From positions 1-64,000 of the forward strand of contig CAVXZB010000032.1 in NCBI GenBank assembly GCA_963765895.1: DNA of 64,000 bases, read 5' to 3'. This document shows, one piece after another, positions 22,970 through 33,580 of this stretch; within the stretch, counting starts at the first letter, position 1; every line of letters starts with the position of its first letter. This DNA is from an uncultured Nitrososphaeraceae archaeon (GTDB lineage: Archaea; Thermoproteota; Nitrososphaeria; Nitrososphaerales; Nitrososphaeraceae). Position numbers and translations under genes: made by a program. Below the pieces are notes generated by a model. It made no database searches. It was not told the DNA's origin and saw nothing but the letters and a program-made list of their open reading frames with translations.

Positions 22970-23590
22970 TTACCTAACACTTGCGGGGGCACTTAATCTG
23001 AAGGACTTAATCATGGAAGATACGGTTGCGTCATCAAAGGGCCATGCACTATTATATGTAATGATGTATGCTTTACCATCTTTTATTGTAAAAAGTTGTA
23101 ATATATTTTTTGGAAGAATAAACTCTGAACTACTTTGTTTCATGATATATTCTAATTTTTGTGCGGGGTTACCTGCCAAGACCGCGTTAGATTTTGTAAT
23201 ATTATGTAATGATCCGTAAGATTTTAGTTGGTCTGTGGCAGCTCTAGCATATTCATTTAAGGTTACATTAGCCCGTCCTAAAGTTTCCACTACTATATTG
23301 ACGACGCTACATGGCGCCTTAAAGCTAACTACAGTATACGAAGGGTTGCTATTCGGACCTGTTACGTTCCAGCTAGCCGGATACAGTATGCTTATTCCAA
23401 GCGCACCATTTTCATATGTCTTAAGATTAGTTGTTTTAGGCGTACACTGAGACTTCATTTCGTCAAAGATCTGATCTATATTATCTCCTCTTGCGGGAGG
23501 GTAAGATGAAAATGAAAAAAGAATCGCAAAAAGCAATCCATAGCAAATGATCTCATTTTTGTGAATTACAATCCCATCAATAATTGACAT
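22970..23590 (-). CDS. PsbP-like exported protein
   Basis: TYENGALGISILYPASW, LAGNPAQKLEY, KDGKAYIITY, MIKSFR. Confidence 0.8.
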   Translation of the reverse strand: MSIIDGIVIHKNEIICYGLLFAILFSFSSYPPARGDNIDQIFDEMKSQCTPKTTNLKTYENGALGISILYPASWNVTGPNSNPSYTVVSFKAPCSVVNIVVETLGRANVTLNEYARAATDQLKSYGSLHNITKSNAVLAGNPAQKLEYIMKQSSSEFILPKNILQLFTIKDGKAYIITYNSAWPFDDATVSSMIKSFRLSAPASVR

Positions 23591-23669
23591 AATATTATAA
23601 TATCCTTTGGTTTAATGTATTAAATAAAGTTTAAAAACAATAAAATAAGCAATGAGTATGACGATAGCT

Positions 23670-25736
23670 TTATTGAATAATTATATCCTTAAATATTTTC
23701 TCATTTCTTATGTTGTCAAAGTCTTTTTCCAGCTTCGCTAATTCTCGATATTTCGGCCCGCCTATTCTAATTGCCTGAATTAAATCCGACATACCTTCCT
23801 TGAAACGCCCTATTTTAACTTTCGAACATGCTCTGTTGTAAAATGGAACAGCATCAATTGGAGATTCAAGGTAATTTTGCACCTCTATAGCATTATCGTA
23901 ACTTTGTATAGCACTGTTGTAATCTCCAAGTTTAGTATAAGCTAAACCTCTGTTATACCATGCATCATAATACTGAGGCCTAATCTTGATAGTCTCATCA
24001 TAAGATTTTATTGCTTCACTGTATCTACCTAATTCATAAAACGCCAGACCTCTGTTATACCATGCAAAAGGATAGTCAGCCCTTATCTTTATGGAGGTAT
24101 CGTAACTTTGTATAGCACTGTTGTAATCTCCAAGTTTAGCATAAGCTAAACCTCTGTTATTCCATGCAACAATATATTTAGGATCTACTCCAATAGATTC
24201 ATCATAGTATTGAACAGCTTCCTTGTAATTGCCTAATTCATCAAGGATTTTACCTTTGTTATATAATGCTTCTAGGAAATTTGGATTTAGATCAAGAGCT
24301 TTGTCGCAGTTTTCTAGAGCTTTGTCATATTTCTTCAGCTTATAATATGTAATTGCAATAATCATACCGAATAGCTTAGCCTTTTTGTCATCAGACAGAT
24401 AAACTGGAATCTCTTTGATCGTATCTTCGACTATATTGAGAGGCACAGAGCTAATGAGTGGGATTGTGTACAAAGTCTCTATAACTGAAGCTGCTAATTC
24501 TTCATTGTTAAGGTTTAATATCAAATCCACTGCTTTCTTAATGTATCCTTTATTTTTAAGAAGCTTTCTTTTGTCGTTTGGATCATATAAATATGAAAGC
24601 AGCTCAATATCCCATTTAGGGTGAATCGTCTTCCATCCTATGACGGGTTGAGAATATAGGGTTGCACCTTCAAGATCAAGAGCATAACTTAAAAGGTCCA
24701 TATCTTCTAACAGTTCTTCAGATATTGGCAAGCCTGCAATATCTAATAATGAACAGACAAGCATAGTTGTTATCTTCATTTCATAAGCCTCTTCAGATTG
24801 CTCTGCATCACTAAGATAATTCTCATATCTTCTTTCGACATCGCTTCTTAATCCCTTTCCAAAAACAGAGAACTTGACCATTAAAGGATGTCCTTTTGCT
24901 GCATCATTGTAGATTTTTTCAGAAATTAATTGATATGCATACTCTTCTGACCAAGCATTCAAAGGAGTTCTTATTTGCCGGATTAAATGCTCTATGTTAC
25001 CATACCGTTTGATGAAGGCTTTAGTTTCTTCCTTGGTATAGGTTGGCAATTTGAATCTGAAAGTTGGTCTTGCTCTAAATTTTCTTATTGATTCTCTGTA
25101 AATTCCTTCTTTTACCTTTCCCAGTCTATCATTAACATACCAATCAAATTCTGGCAGCCCGGCGGTTAAGACGAATCTTACACTGGCATGTGATTCATAA
25201 TTTGACAGCTCATCCATAACGTAAAAAATTGCGGCAGTTCTTTCACTATGAACGTCATCTACGGCAACCAAGACGTTATTATTATTATTCAAAAAGTTTT
25301 CGATGAAATGTATAATCTCTGTGCCATTTGTAAGATCTGAATCACCAAAATTATATAGTATTTTAAATCCTTTTTCAAAGTACTCGCATATAATTTCCAT
25401 TAGAATAGTACTTTTAGAAGTGCCCATTTCACCTACTAACAATACCTGATGATGATTTTCGATTTTCGTCTTTATTTGATCCACAATGCTTCTTCGAAAT
25501 TCATAATGTTCCTTAATCGATGATAACTTGAATGAAAACCCCTCTTTCCAATCATCAAAGTCTTGATCTGTAGCCTTATAATCGTCAAAGTAAGTCGGTT
25601 TGAGTAAGTTCAATCCAAAGCTTCTCGCTTCATTGGCTAGACCAATTACAACATCTCCGCCGATGTGAATGTTTTTTCCAATAAATATTCCCTTACCACT
25701 AACGTCGCCTGTCTGAATACGATCACCAGTAGACAT
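23670..25736 (-). CDS. STAND/NLR-like P-loop NTPase with C-terminal TPR array
   Basis: Walker A GEMGTSKS, Walker B VLVAVDD, GHPL (GxP), about 6 TPRs (AWYNRGLAY..LG.Y..AI..YD). Confidence 0.85.
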   Translation of the reverse strand: MSTGDRIQTGDVSGKGIFIGKNIHIGGDVVIGLANEARSFGLNLLKPTYFDDYKATDQDFDDWKEGFSFKLSSIKEHYEFRRSIVDQIKTKIENHHQVLLVGEMGTSKSTILMEIICEYFEKGFKILYNFGDSDLTNGTEIIHFIENFLNNNNNVLVAVDDVHSERTAAIFYVMDELSNYESHASVRFVLTAGLPEFDWYVNDRLGKVKEGIYRESIRKFRARPTFRFKLPTYTKEETKAFIKRYGNIEHLIRQIRTPLNAWSEEYAYQLISEKIYNDAAKGHPLMVKFSVFGKGLRSDVERRYENYLSDAEQSEEAYEMKITTMLVCSLLDIAGLPISEELLEDMDLLSYALDLEGATLYSQPVIGWKTIHPKWDIELLSYLYDPNDKRKLLKNKGYIKKAVDLILNLNNEELAASVIETLYTIPLISSVPLNIVEDTIKEIPVYLSDDKKAKLFGMIIAITYYKLKKYDKALENCDKALDLNPNFLEALYNKGKILDELGNYKEAVQYYDESIGVDPKYIVAWNNRGLAYAKLGDYNSAIQSYDTSIKIRADYPFAWYNRGLAFYELGRYSEAIKSYDETIKIRPQYYDAWYNRGLAYTKLGDYNSAIQSYDNAIEVQNYLESPIDAVPFYNRACSKVKIGRFKEGMSDLIQAIRIGGPKYRELAKLEKDFDNIRNEKIFKDIIIQ

Positions 25737-25779
25737 ATTACTATCTAAATATAATCAGTACGGATATTGAGAGAATCTG

Positions 25780-26271
25780 TCACCTACCTTGTTTTACAGC
25801 ATCGACAATTGCCTCTACTCCCTTGCCTATAAGTTTGCTAAAAGGAGATAGAGGTGTAAATGTGGTAATAATTTCGGCTGCTGAGGGAAGAGCATTCAAT
25901 ACTTTATCAACAAGGTCAACCGTCTGTGCTTGAATATTTGTCTGTTTTACAAAATTTATCTTCTCTTTGCCTGGGGTAACATCTTCAACTTCTTTTCCAA
26001 GTCTAACAATGGCTTCTTGTATCTGGTTTGTCTTTTCTTCTGGAACTTTATATTTTTGAAATTCTTTATTGAGGTTTTCAGAAAACTTTCTTAAGCTCTC
26101 GGAATATTCACTCGGTACCTTTTCAAGTTCCTTAGTTAGATTATTAATATTTATTGTCCCGATGTCAATATCCTTACCTATAACAATGCCTTCTCCACTT
26201 ACGGTGCCCACTGAAATAACATCTCCAGATGGCGATTGTTCATTAACACTATTTTTTTCATTAATTTCCAA
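25780..26271 (-). CDS. Small helical protein sharing its N-terminal motif with the downstream NTPase-TPR gene
   Basis: GDVISVGTVSGEGIVIGKDIDIG then a helical domain; 43 bp upstream of 23670..25736. Confidence 0.75.
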   Translation of the reverse strand: MEINEKNSVNEQSPSGDVISVGTVSGEGIVIGKDIDIGTININNLTKELEKVPSEYSESLRKFSENLNKEFQKYKVPEEKTNQIQEAIVRLGKEVEDVTPGKEKINFVKQTNIQAQTVDLVDKVLNALPSAAEIITTFTPLSPFSKLIGKGVEAIVDAVKQGR

Positions 26272-26668
26272 ATCTGAGCCCAGAATTCTATTGAGTCGTT
26301 ACAATATATAAGAATTAATTCCTATTCCTAGGCTATGCGTAGAAATATGATGGCACTACTTCCACACACCGCCAAGGTATGTACTTAATACTGACTAAGG
26401 GTATTATAGGCGTAAAAGAGTTTGAATCATGTTGACTCAGAAAGAAACCGTGATAGTACAATTGCTGAAACTTCTGTAGCTCTCGTAAAAAATATTATTT
26501 GAGAGATGGATATCTTACGCCAAGAATGAATGTTGTGAAATTGGGTAATGTCCGATGGTTGAAGTCATGCGCCAATTTGGGTTTTACTATAGGTATGATA
26601 TGCAAGATTTCATCGAATACTCACATCTCGGTCTCTTAGCATTTATTTAACTGGCGGTAAAATATTAT

Positions 26669-26744
26669 TATTACTAAAGGATAAATTTTATTTCAGCAAT
26701 GGTGTTCCATTAATTCGGTCTGAAGAAATTTACCCCTTTGTAGT
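26669..26744 (-). repeat. Hairpin site S7 (inverted, degenerate)
   Basis: Minus strand reads TACAAAGGGGTAAATTTCTTCA - loop - TGAAATAAAATTTATCCTTTAGTAATA. Confidence 0.7.
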
Positions 26745-26754
26745 CAGATATTTA

Positions 26755-27115
26755 ATGAGATAGAACAGAATCTACACTTCATAATATCACATTTCCAAGA
26801 ACCCCTTTTCCCAAGGAATATCATGACCAAAACCCTTGGCTATCAGAAAGAAGTGTTCAACCTACAAAAGTCCTAGGATATTTTAAGGCATCAAACTATG
26901 AGGACTGTAGAATTAATGCTTATCATTCGTTTACCAAATATGATGGAATAAATAGAACTACACCAAGTTTTCTAATGATTGACATTGATCTAAAGGACTT
27001 TGCGTCAAAAGATTAAATCGGTAGAGCTATAAAGGGTCATAAAGAAAATTAATACAATTACAAGCGGAGACCCTACATTACTATGTACTGGTAATGGTTA
27101 TCTTATCTCAAATGA
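26755..27115 (+). pseudogene. AEP primase-polymerase N-terminal remnant
   Basis: Manual translation across breaks: FIISHFQEPLFPRNI..EDCRINAY..FLMIDIDLKD..PTLLCTGNGY (DxD and TGNGxH-like motifs). Confidence 0.75.
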
Positions 27116-27147
27116 TACATAGACAGAACTTTAACAAATCTAAATCA

Positions 27148-29984
27148 TCATGCATTATTATTTTTAATCGGCTTTCCATCTGAAGTATATTTTGTTATTC
27201 TTCTTCCAAACGATTTAGCAGGTTGCTCAGTATAGCTTGTATTGCGCTCCTTGAGGTCTTGTAGGATTGAATCTTCATAATCCAATTCTTTTGGTACCAT
27301 ATATCCAGACATGAGATACTTATTTTTCATTTGAATCTCTGTATTCTTTCGTAACATAATCTCTGTTCTTGATGGGTTTTCGAACTCAATAATGAAACTA
27401 CAATGGAAATTTGTATCGGCAATTTTAGTATTTGATAGATCAGCTCCTGAAAGATTTGCTCCAAAGAGAATGGTATTTGATAGATCAGCTCCTGAAAGAT
27501 TAGCTCCAGAAAGATCAGCATTTGATAGATCAGCTCCTGAAAGGTTAGCTCCAGAAAGAATAGTACGTGATGCATTAACACCCATAAGCATAGAATAGGT
27601 AAATTTCGTATTTAACATATTTGCTCCTGAAAGGTTAGCTCCAGAAAGGTTAGCTCCAGAAAGATCAGCATTTGATAGATCAGCTCCAGAAAGGTTAGCT
27701 CCAGAAAGATTTGCACGGATATCAGCTCCAGAAAGGTTAGCTCCAGAAAGGTTAGCTCCAGAAAGGTTAGCTCCAGAAAGATCAGCATTTGATAGATCAG
27801 CTCCTTGGAGGAATTCAAAAGATAAATCAACAGCCCTTAATCTTTTGGGTAGCAAAGATACAGTGCGACTTGTCTTAACTATAAGATCAGATAATATTTT
27901 TTTATCAATGTTCATTCGGTATTCCTCTAGCTTATTTAACACGTATAAAGATAACCAACGATGAATCCAAAGTTCACGATATCTAGAGAGAGGTAATTCA
28001 CACATGTTCCATAGTCCTATCTTTTTTACTTCAGAGTTTTCTGTTTGAAATATTATTTCCTCATCTTCATAATATCTTTGTGCATTTCGGATAAGATTTC
28101 GTTTAATTTGTGATGGAGATACATTCTGTTGTTGGTTCTGAGGAACTAATGATTTTATCAGAGTGGTGGTATATTCGTTTAGACTATTATTATTAGTATT
28201 AAATAATTCCAATAATCCATCAAGAAATAGCATTGTCTCTGCAGTGGGAATACCCACATTAAGATAATTTTTCTTGTCTTCCAGTATGCTCTCAATATAG
28301 TATTCTGCAAGAAGATATTCTTGAAAGCTTTTGTGAATAAAATCTACGGTCTTATCTGTAGTAGTCTGACCTTGTAAATAAAAGTAAGATGTAAGAATGG
28401 GTTCAAATAATTCTTTCTGTAGCGTCTTATCGAAGCCATAGATCCTAAGTTTATCTATGAGAACGCTTTGTTTTAAGATATCCGGATAGTACATCTGTCT
28501 TAATGCGGCTATCTTGCGTAAGATTTTCTTTTCTTCAGAATAAAACTGCGCGTATAATGATATTCATCAGCTACCTGTTTGTGCTTGCCTCTTATAATCG
28601 AATGAATGAATCCTTCATAGATTAATGCCCTTGTCATCTGCGTATTCACAGAATCCTTTAGCATTATTTCATCTTCTAATTTTGACTGCATCATTATGCA
28701 GAACATCCGACAAAATAAAGGCTTACGAATTTCTTCTTCCGTTAATTTATAATTTTGAAGCTTATAAAAATTAAATTCTAATCCATATTTGTAGAAAAAT
28801 TCATTTACTTGCACTCTACTCAATGGAAGCAGTCTAATATAATGGGATATGTTGAGTTTTTCAGGTATGCCCGCTTCCAATCTTGTTGTGATTATATATT
28901 TCATATTTGGAAACGCCTCATCGCTTTGTAACTCATCAAGAAACTCCTTTAGCTTCTCTTCATCATCGCCGTATTCGTCCAAGCCGTCACATATAAGAAG
29001 TATCTTTCTCTTCTTGCCCGCTCCTCCGGGAGCTATTAACTTTAGGATTTCATCAAGACTATGTTCCTCTTCATCTACAATTTTAAGTTTGCCTTTTAAG
29101 GGAATGAATATAGGAATGTAGCTATTTTCGTTGTTGGGATTTTCAAGAAATGTAGAAGCCATGGTAGAAGTCAAATGGATAGACAAAGAGGTTTTTCCGA
29201 TTCCAAAAGGAGCACCGAGCACGATACGACGTTTGCCTTTAGCAAGGTGGTCTAATACAAGGGATTTTGCTTTTGGCGTCGTTTCACTATCAAAATATGC
29301 TGAGAAATAGATATCTCCCTCCTCCCACGTCTGAACACTTCTATTGACAGCGTTGTTTTCAATATAATACTCGTCCAAATACTTCCCATCTATGCGATTT
29401 GATTTGTAAATAAGTGATCTTGAATATTCAAGATGCTTTAATAGGTTTTTAGTTCGCTCTTTGTGCGCGAACATGTCTTTGAATGGTTTAATCGCTGGAT
29501 CATTATCCGCCTTTTCTTCTAGAGATATATTGAAATTAAATATAAAATTGTGTATCAAATCCTTATGTTGCTCGTAACTTAAAATATTGCATAAAAGGGA
29601 TCTAAACCTTGTGATGACGGGGTGGTCTGGCAAATATGAGTTCCATCCTTCAGTATCAATAAAAGTGTCAAATAGTTCCCTCTTGATTTTTTTACTTTTA
29701 ACATTGGAAAAGACAGCAGGTTTCTTTCAAAAAACATCCGAAATTGCCAACGCAATTGGCAAAATAATAGGAAATAAAAGCTTTGAAGATAATGTCTTGG
29801 CAAGGGCCGGAAGCATTGGCGCTTTAATTAGTATTGGTATTGGAATCTATCAACAAATTAAATACGACCTGCAGTCTAAAGAAGAGCAGGCTTTTGCTTC
29901 ATTAATAAAAATCGCATTTGAAGCAGCGCACGATTCTTTACCTGAAAGAGATGAAATATCAATAAAGGATGAAGGTATATTCAT
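27148..29984 (-). pseudogene. NACHT NTPase with C-terminal pentapeptide repeats; frameshift near 28530 and inverted 5' segment
   Basis: Walker A GAPFGIGKT, Walker B LLICDGLDE, ITTR, FIHKSFQEYLLA, (A[DN]LSG)n; the N-terminus is recoverable by inverting 29702-29971. Confidence 0.85.
27430..27805 (-). repeat. 15-bp periodic coding repeat (pentapeptide repeats)
   Basis: (GGTTAGCTCCAGAAA)n-type units encoding [10 protein letters not shown]. Confidence 0.9.
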
Positions 29985-30571
29985 GGAATTATTAAAGATT
30001 TTTCTGTAACCATCAGCCGCCAGCTTTCTCTCTAACCGATGGTGGTAGCCAGTCTGTTACATTAGGTCCCGGTAGTTTCGATTTACAATCCACTGATCAA
30101 GGTATCTTCTCAGGAGACTGCATGCAAACAAGCCCTACCTGTGCAACTGGTACCATTAGTACGGGACAGCACCTCACCTGTACTATCCGTATCAAATTGT
30201 TCTAATTTTCTTTTATTATTTTGAATAATATATCATATGGCTCATTATGAGTAATTATTGCAACTGTAATGACTTTGACAAGGCTATAGATTACAACGGT
30301 AGGCAATATTATAAGTAACAGGATGATAGATTCAATGCAGTAAAAAAGCTGGTTTCGTATATCAGATCATGGTACTTATGATGGCCTATTGCTAGTTTGG
30401 AACCATTCAGACATTTTCCATAGTGTTCGAAGAAATTAGCAAATCCAATGTCAAAGTGGAGGTGTAAAGGAAGTTTATCAGATTTATGGGGTGTATGATA
30501 TTGTCAGGTGCGATGCATAAATGCAGAACTTTGGCAGATGACGACAAGTACCAACCAAATAATTCTAATGA

Positions 30572-30636
30572 ACAATGGGGTAATTTTCTTTCACCCCTCC
30601 ATATAGGTGGAGAAAGAAATTTTCTCCCTTAGTAGT
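30572..30636 (+). repeat. Hairpin site S8
   Basis: ACAATGGGGTAATTTTCTTTCA - CCCCTCCATATAGGTGGA - GAAAGAAATTTTCTCCCTTAGTAGT. Confidence 0.85.
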
Positions 30637-30844
30637 TTGAAATTTAGTTCTAGTACTTCACGCCCTATTATGTGAGAAGAATGGAAGCACTGAGGTACTA
30701 ATGATTATTTAATAAAGTGATATGGATTTGATGATTGTGAGTACATAGCGTATAAAAATAAAATATGATCTTGAACTAGTCAAGACCAATATATGGTGTA
30801 GTGTTTGGGCCCAACAGATTCATATCAGACTGGTCATGATTTTT

Positions 30845-31585
30845 TTACCATCGGGAGAACCCCATCCTGTAGATGCATCCCATCCATTAGCTGCCTGAAT
30901 ATCCTGCTATATCTACCAATTGATTACTGCCTATCACTTTGACATTGTTTAGACCATTATTTCCATTAGTTATGTCACGAAGTACTCCATTTGGACCAAT
31001 GCGTGTGTAAAGTAGCGTATTTAGAAAGCCTACTCTTGTTCCTATTGCTTGATTGATTAACGCTATCAAACCAGCCCACAATGGAGCTACTGCACTGGTT
31101 CCCCCGATTGGAAAGTCTCGTCCGTCTACTCGAACTTGGTAGCCTGTAAGTGGTGACGCATCGCCTGACACATCTGGAACACCTCGTCCATCAAAGTTCA
31201 CTCCATTAACTGAAGGAGGCAATACTAAATTCCGTTGATAGTCTGGCCGTTGAGTAAAAGCGCTGATTCCCCCACCACCTGCTCCGCCATCAGAGTCGTT
31301 CCAAACTATTTCATTATTAATTGAACCATTGAAAGCTGTCAAATGAGTACCACCACAGGCTAATGCGAAAGCAGAAGAGGCAGGAAAATCTACATGTGCA
31401 TTGCCATCGGGAATACCTTGACCATCATTTGAAGGCCTCTCATCGGAAGAGCCATTATCACCGGAAGCACAACATACAGCACAACATACAGTTATTCCTA
31501 AAGCAGCAGCATCTTGCAACATACCGTCGAAAGCTTGTCGGTTAGGCGCTGTCCAAAATTCTTCTGGTTTGCCCCAGCTAATAGG
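30845..31585 (-). pseudogene. Sedolisin/kumamolisin (S53) peptidase, C-terminal catalytic half
   Basis: ISWG, ASGDNGS, VDFPASS, GRGVPDVSGDA, GGTSAVAPLWAG, then DASTGWGSPDG after an in-frame stop; N-terminal half missing. Confidence 0.85.
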
Positions 31586-32018
31586 TCAGGTAGTGCTTAT
31601 TTCTGGTTAGATACCATTATAAAAACATCAAAATTGTATTTAACAGTGAGTGAGCGAAGTTTTAACAGTTACCAGTAAGTTGACATGATAAAAAATATCT
31701 AGCGACTTGATTAATGAGTTAAGTTCTGGGCTAGGAATTTCGTGTTGATTTTGCAAATGGATATCTATAGATATTAGCAGTTGGTCGATGAGGATCAACA
31801 TATCTAATTCCGTTAACATGTAATGCGTCTAACACATCGGACAACGTCGGATTTTTAACACGTCCGGCGTATTTATCCCGAAAATAACGGTATAATACAG
31901 ATATGAGTGGTGCCAGATTATAAATATTATCAAAAATACTATGTCCTACGTGTAGACTGACGTCATAGGATGGTGCAGTCTTTTATATAATGGACTGCAC
32001 TTCAAAATCAGGTTATAC

Positions 32019-33045
32019 TGCTCTGTTGCATGATCAATTAGGATTTAATTCATTTATGCAGATGATTATGATTATGCCATTTGATTGAACATGTTATACA
32101 GAGTTGCCTTTAGAAAGATCTCCTTTACCATGTTAGGAAATTTTCTAGCTGTTACATGTTCACCAAACATTCTTTTAATAGATGAAAAGGCAGTTTCTGC
32201 CATCCATCTGTACCCATAATTCACTCTGCGCTTCCATCTTTTGAGGTTTGCATGTTGTCTCATTACAGACATATTCCTAGCATGACAGTTAGTCGGTCTA
32301 ACCTTGGAATTACTTCTTGTCTTTATACCAGGCTTAATGTGGTTCTTTGATAGGTATCTAAAATTGTTATTGCTGTCGTACATACCATCTGCTAATATGC
32401 CTTTTACATGATTACCTCCAGCAGCAAAGAAGAAGAAGAAGAAGCATTGTCTACCAACTTACTTAACATCTTACCATCATGTACTTCTTCACTTGTTACT
32501 TCCAAGGACAGGATTCTTTTCCTCTTGATGTCAACTGCCACATGTATCTTTAGATATCCTTTTCTAACATGCCATTTATGCCGCATCCATTCTCCACGAT
32601 TAGCTACTTTAATGCCAGTGCTGTCTAAAGCATTGACAATATCATTTCCCAATCTTTCATTGATTTTAATTTCCAGTTTGTTTATACGTCTATTGATGGT
32701 ACTATAATCTGGTATGCATGGTAATTTAGTACTTGCGTGAGCTATGACTACACCCTGTGTTTGTCTATATGGTAGATGGAAATATGCTCTCATGTAGCCT
32801 AGGAGCTGAATAAATGAATCTGGGTAGGCGTATGGTTCACCAACCTTACCATGGTTCATTTGAGATAATTCATGATCCCAACCATCAAGTACATCATAAT
32901 CCAAGAGTACTCTGACCACGTCTTACTAGTGATTCATTGTACGAAGGCCAGTCAATCAAATTATTACATAATTACTACTGGTAAGCTAAATGCAGATTGG
33001 TCAAATAAGCAATACCTACAACATAATAAATCATGCAACAAAGCA
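32019..33045 (-). mobile_element. IS5-family element (IS903/ISH1-like) with frameshifted transposase
   Basis: TIRs TGCTCTGTTGCATGAT / ATCATGCAACAAAGCA; 8-bp TSD GGTTATAC; DWPSYNESLVRRG, DSTGIKV..GEW, ADGMYDS, RWMAETAFSSIKR. Confidence 0.92.
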
Positions 33046-33580
33046 GGTTATACCATAGATTTATCTCATTGTTTTACTAGCTGCCGATAGCTCCCGATTA
33101 GTAGTCGCATGTTATCGATGATATCAATCAAATCACTATTCTTGTATTTTGTAATCAGGCTTGAAAGAGTACTGTCATCAATTCTGGATTTACTCCCATA
33201 GGATCAACGCTCTGTTTAGGTCCCTGTTTGAAGTCAATATCTGGAGCTGAATCATGTATCTATTTAATTGAAGCAGAATGGGATCGTCTACAGAAGAAAT
33301 ATTGTGTAAGTGCTGACTTATGACAAAAAGCAAGAGACAGTAAAACACAGTTCCACATGAAGATCCTTTTAAGAAAAACTATCTCCAAACTGGGGAGAAA
33401 ATAGGTTTTAGTCTACATTGATCATAAGACTTATGCGTAAGTATGCTTATAAAGTAACGTGTAATTCAAAACTTTTCCCTCATATATGACAGTTCAGCTA
33501 GTAATTGGTCTTGGCACATCGAATAGTATCACTCGAATATTGCTGGATTACAAAGTGGGGATCTGTGACACCCTAATATA

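Noticed and set aside
23905-24165. Near-identical ~60-bp direct repeats
   Set aside because: Duplicated TPR units within the NTPase-TPR gene
27327-27830. 15-bp tandem repeats and alternative-frame ORFs (ELTFL, APERL)
   Set aside because: Fully explained by pentapeptide-repeat coding; the other frames are shadows
29587-30009. Plus-strand 140-aa ORF as an independent gene
   Set aside because: It is a chimera of antisense NACHT sequence and the inverted N-terminal segment
13648-30636. Hairpin repeats as a CRISPR array or canonical attC sites
   Set aside because: Spacing is 0.1-4.5 kb with whole genes in between, no cas genes were seen, and the GTTRRRY/RYYYAAC cores are absent
13648-30636. G-string repeats as chromosomal ORB origin boxes
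   Set aside because: No TTCCA..GGAAA ORB core, no cdc6/orc1 gene, and the sites are spread between cargo genes
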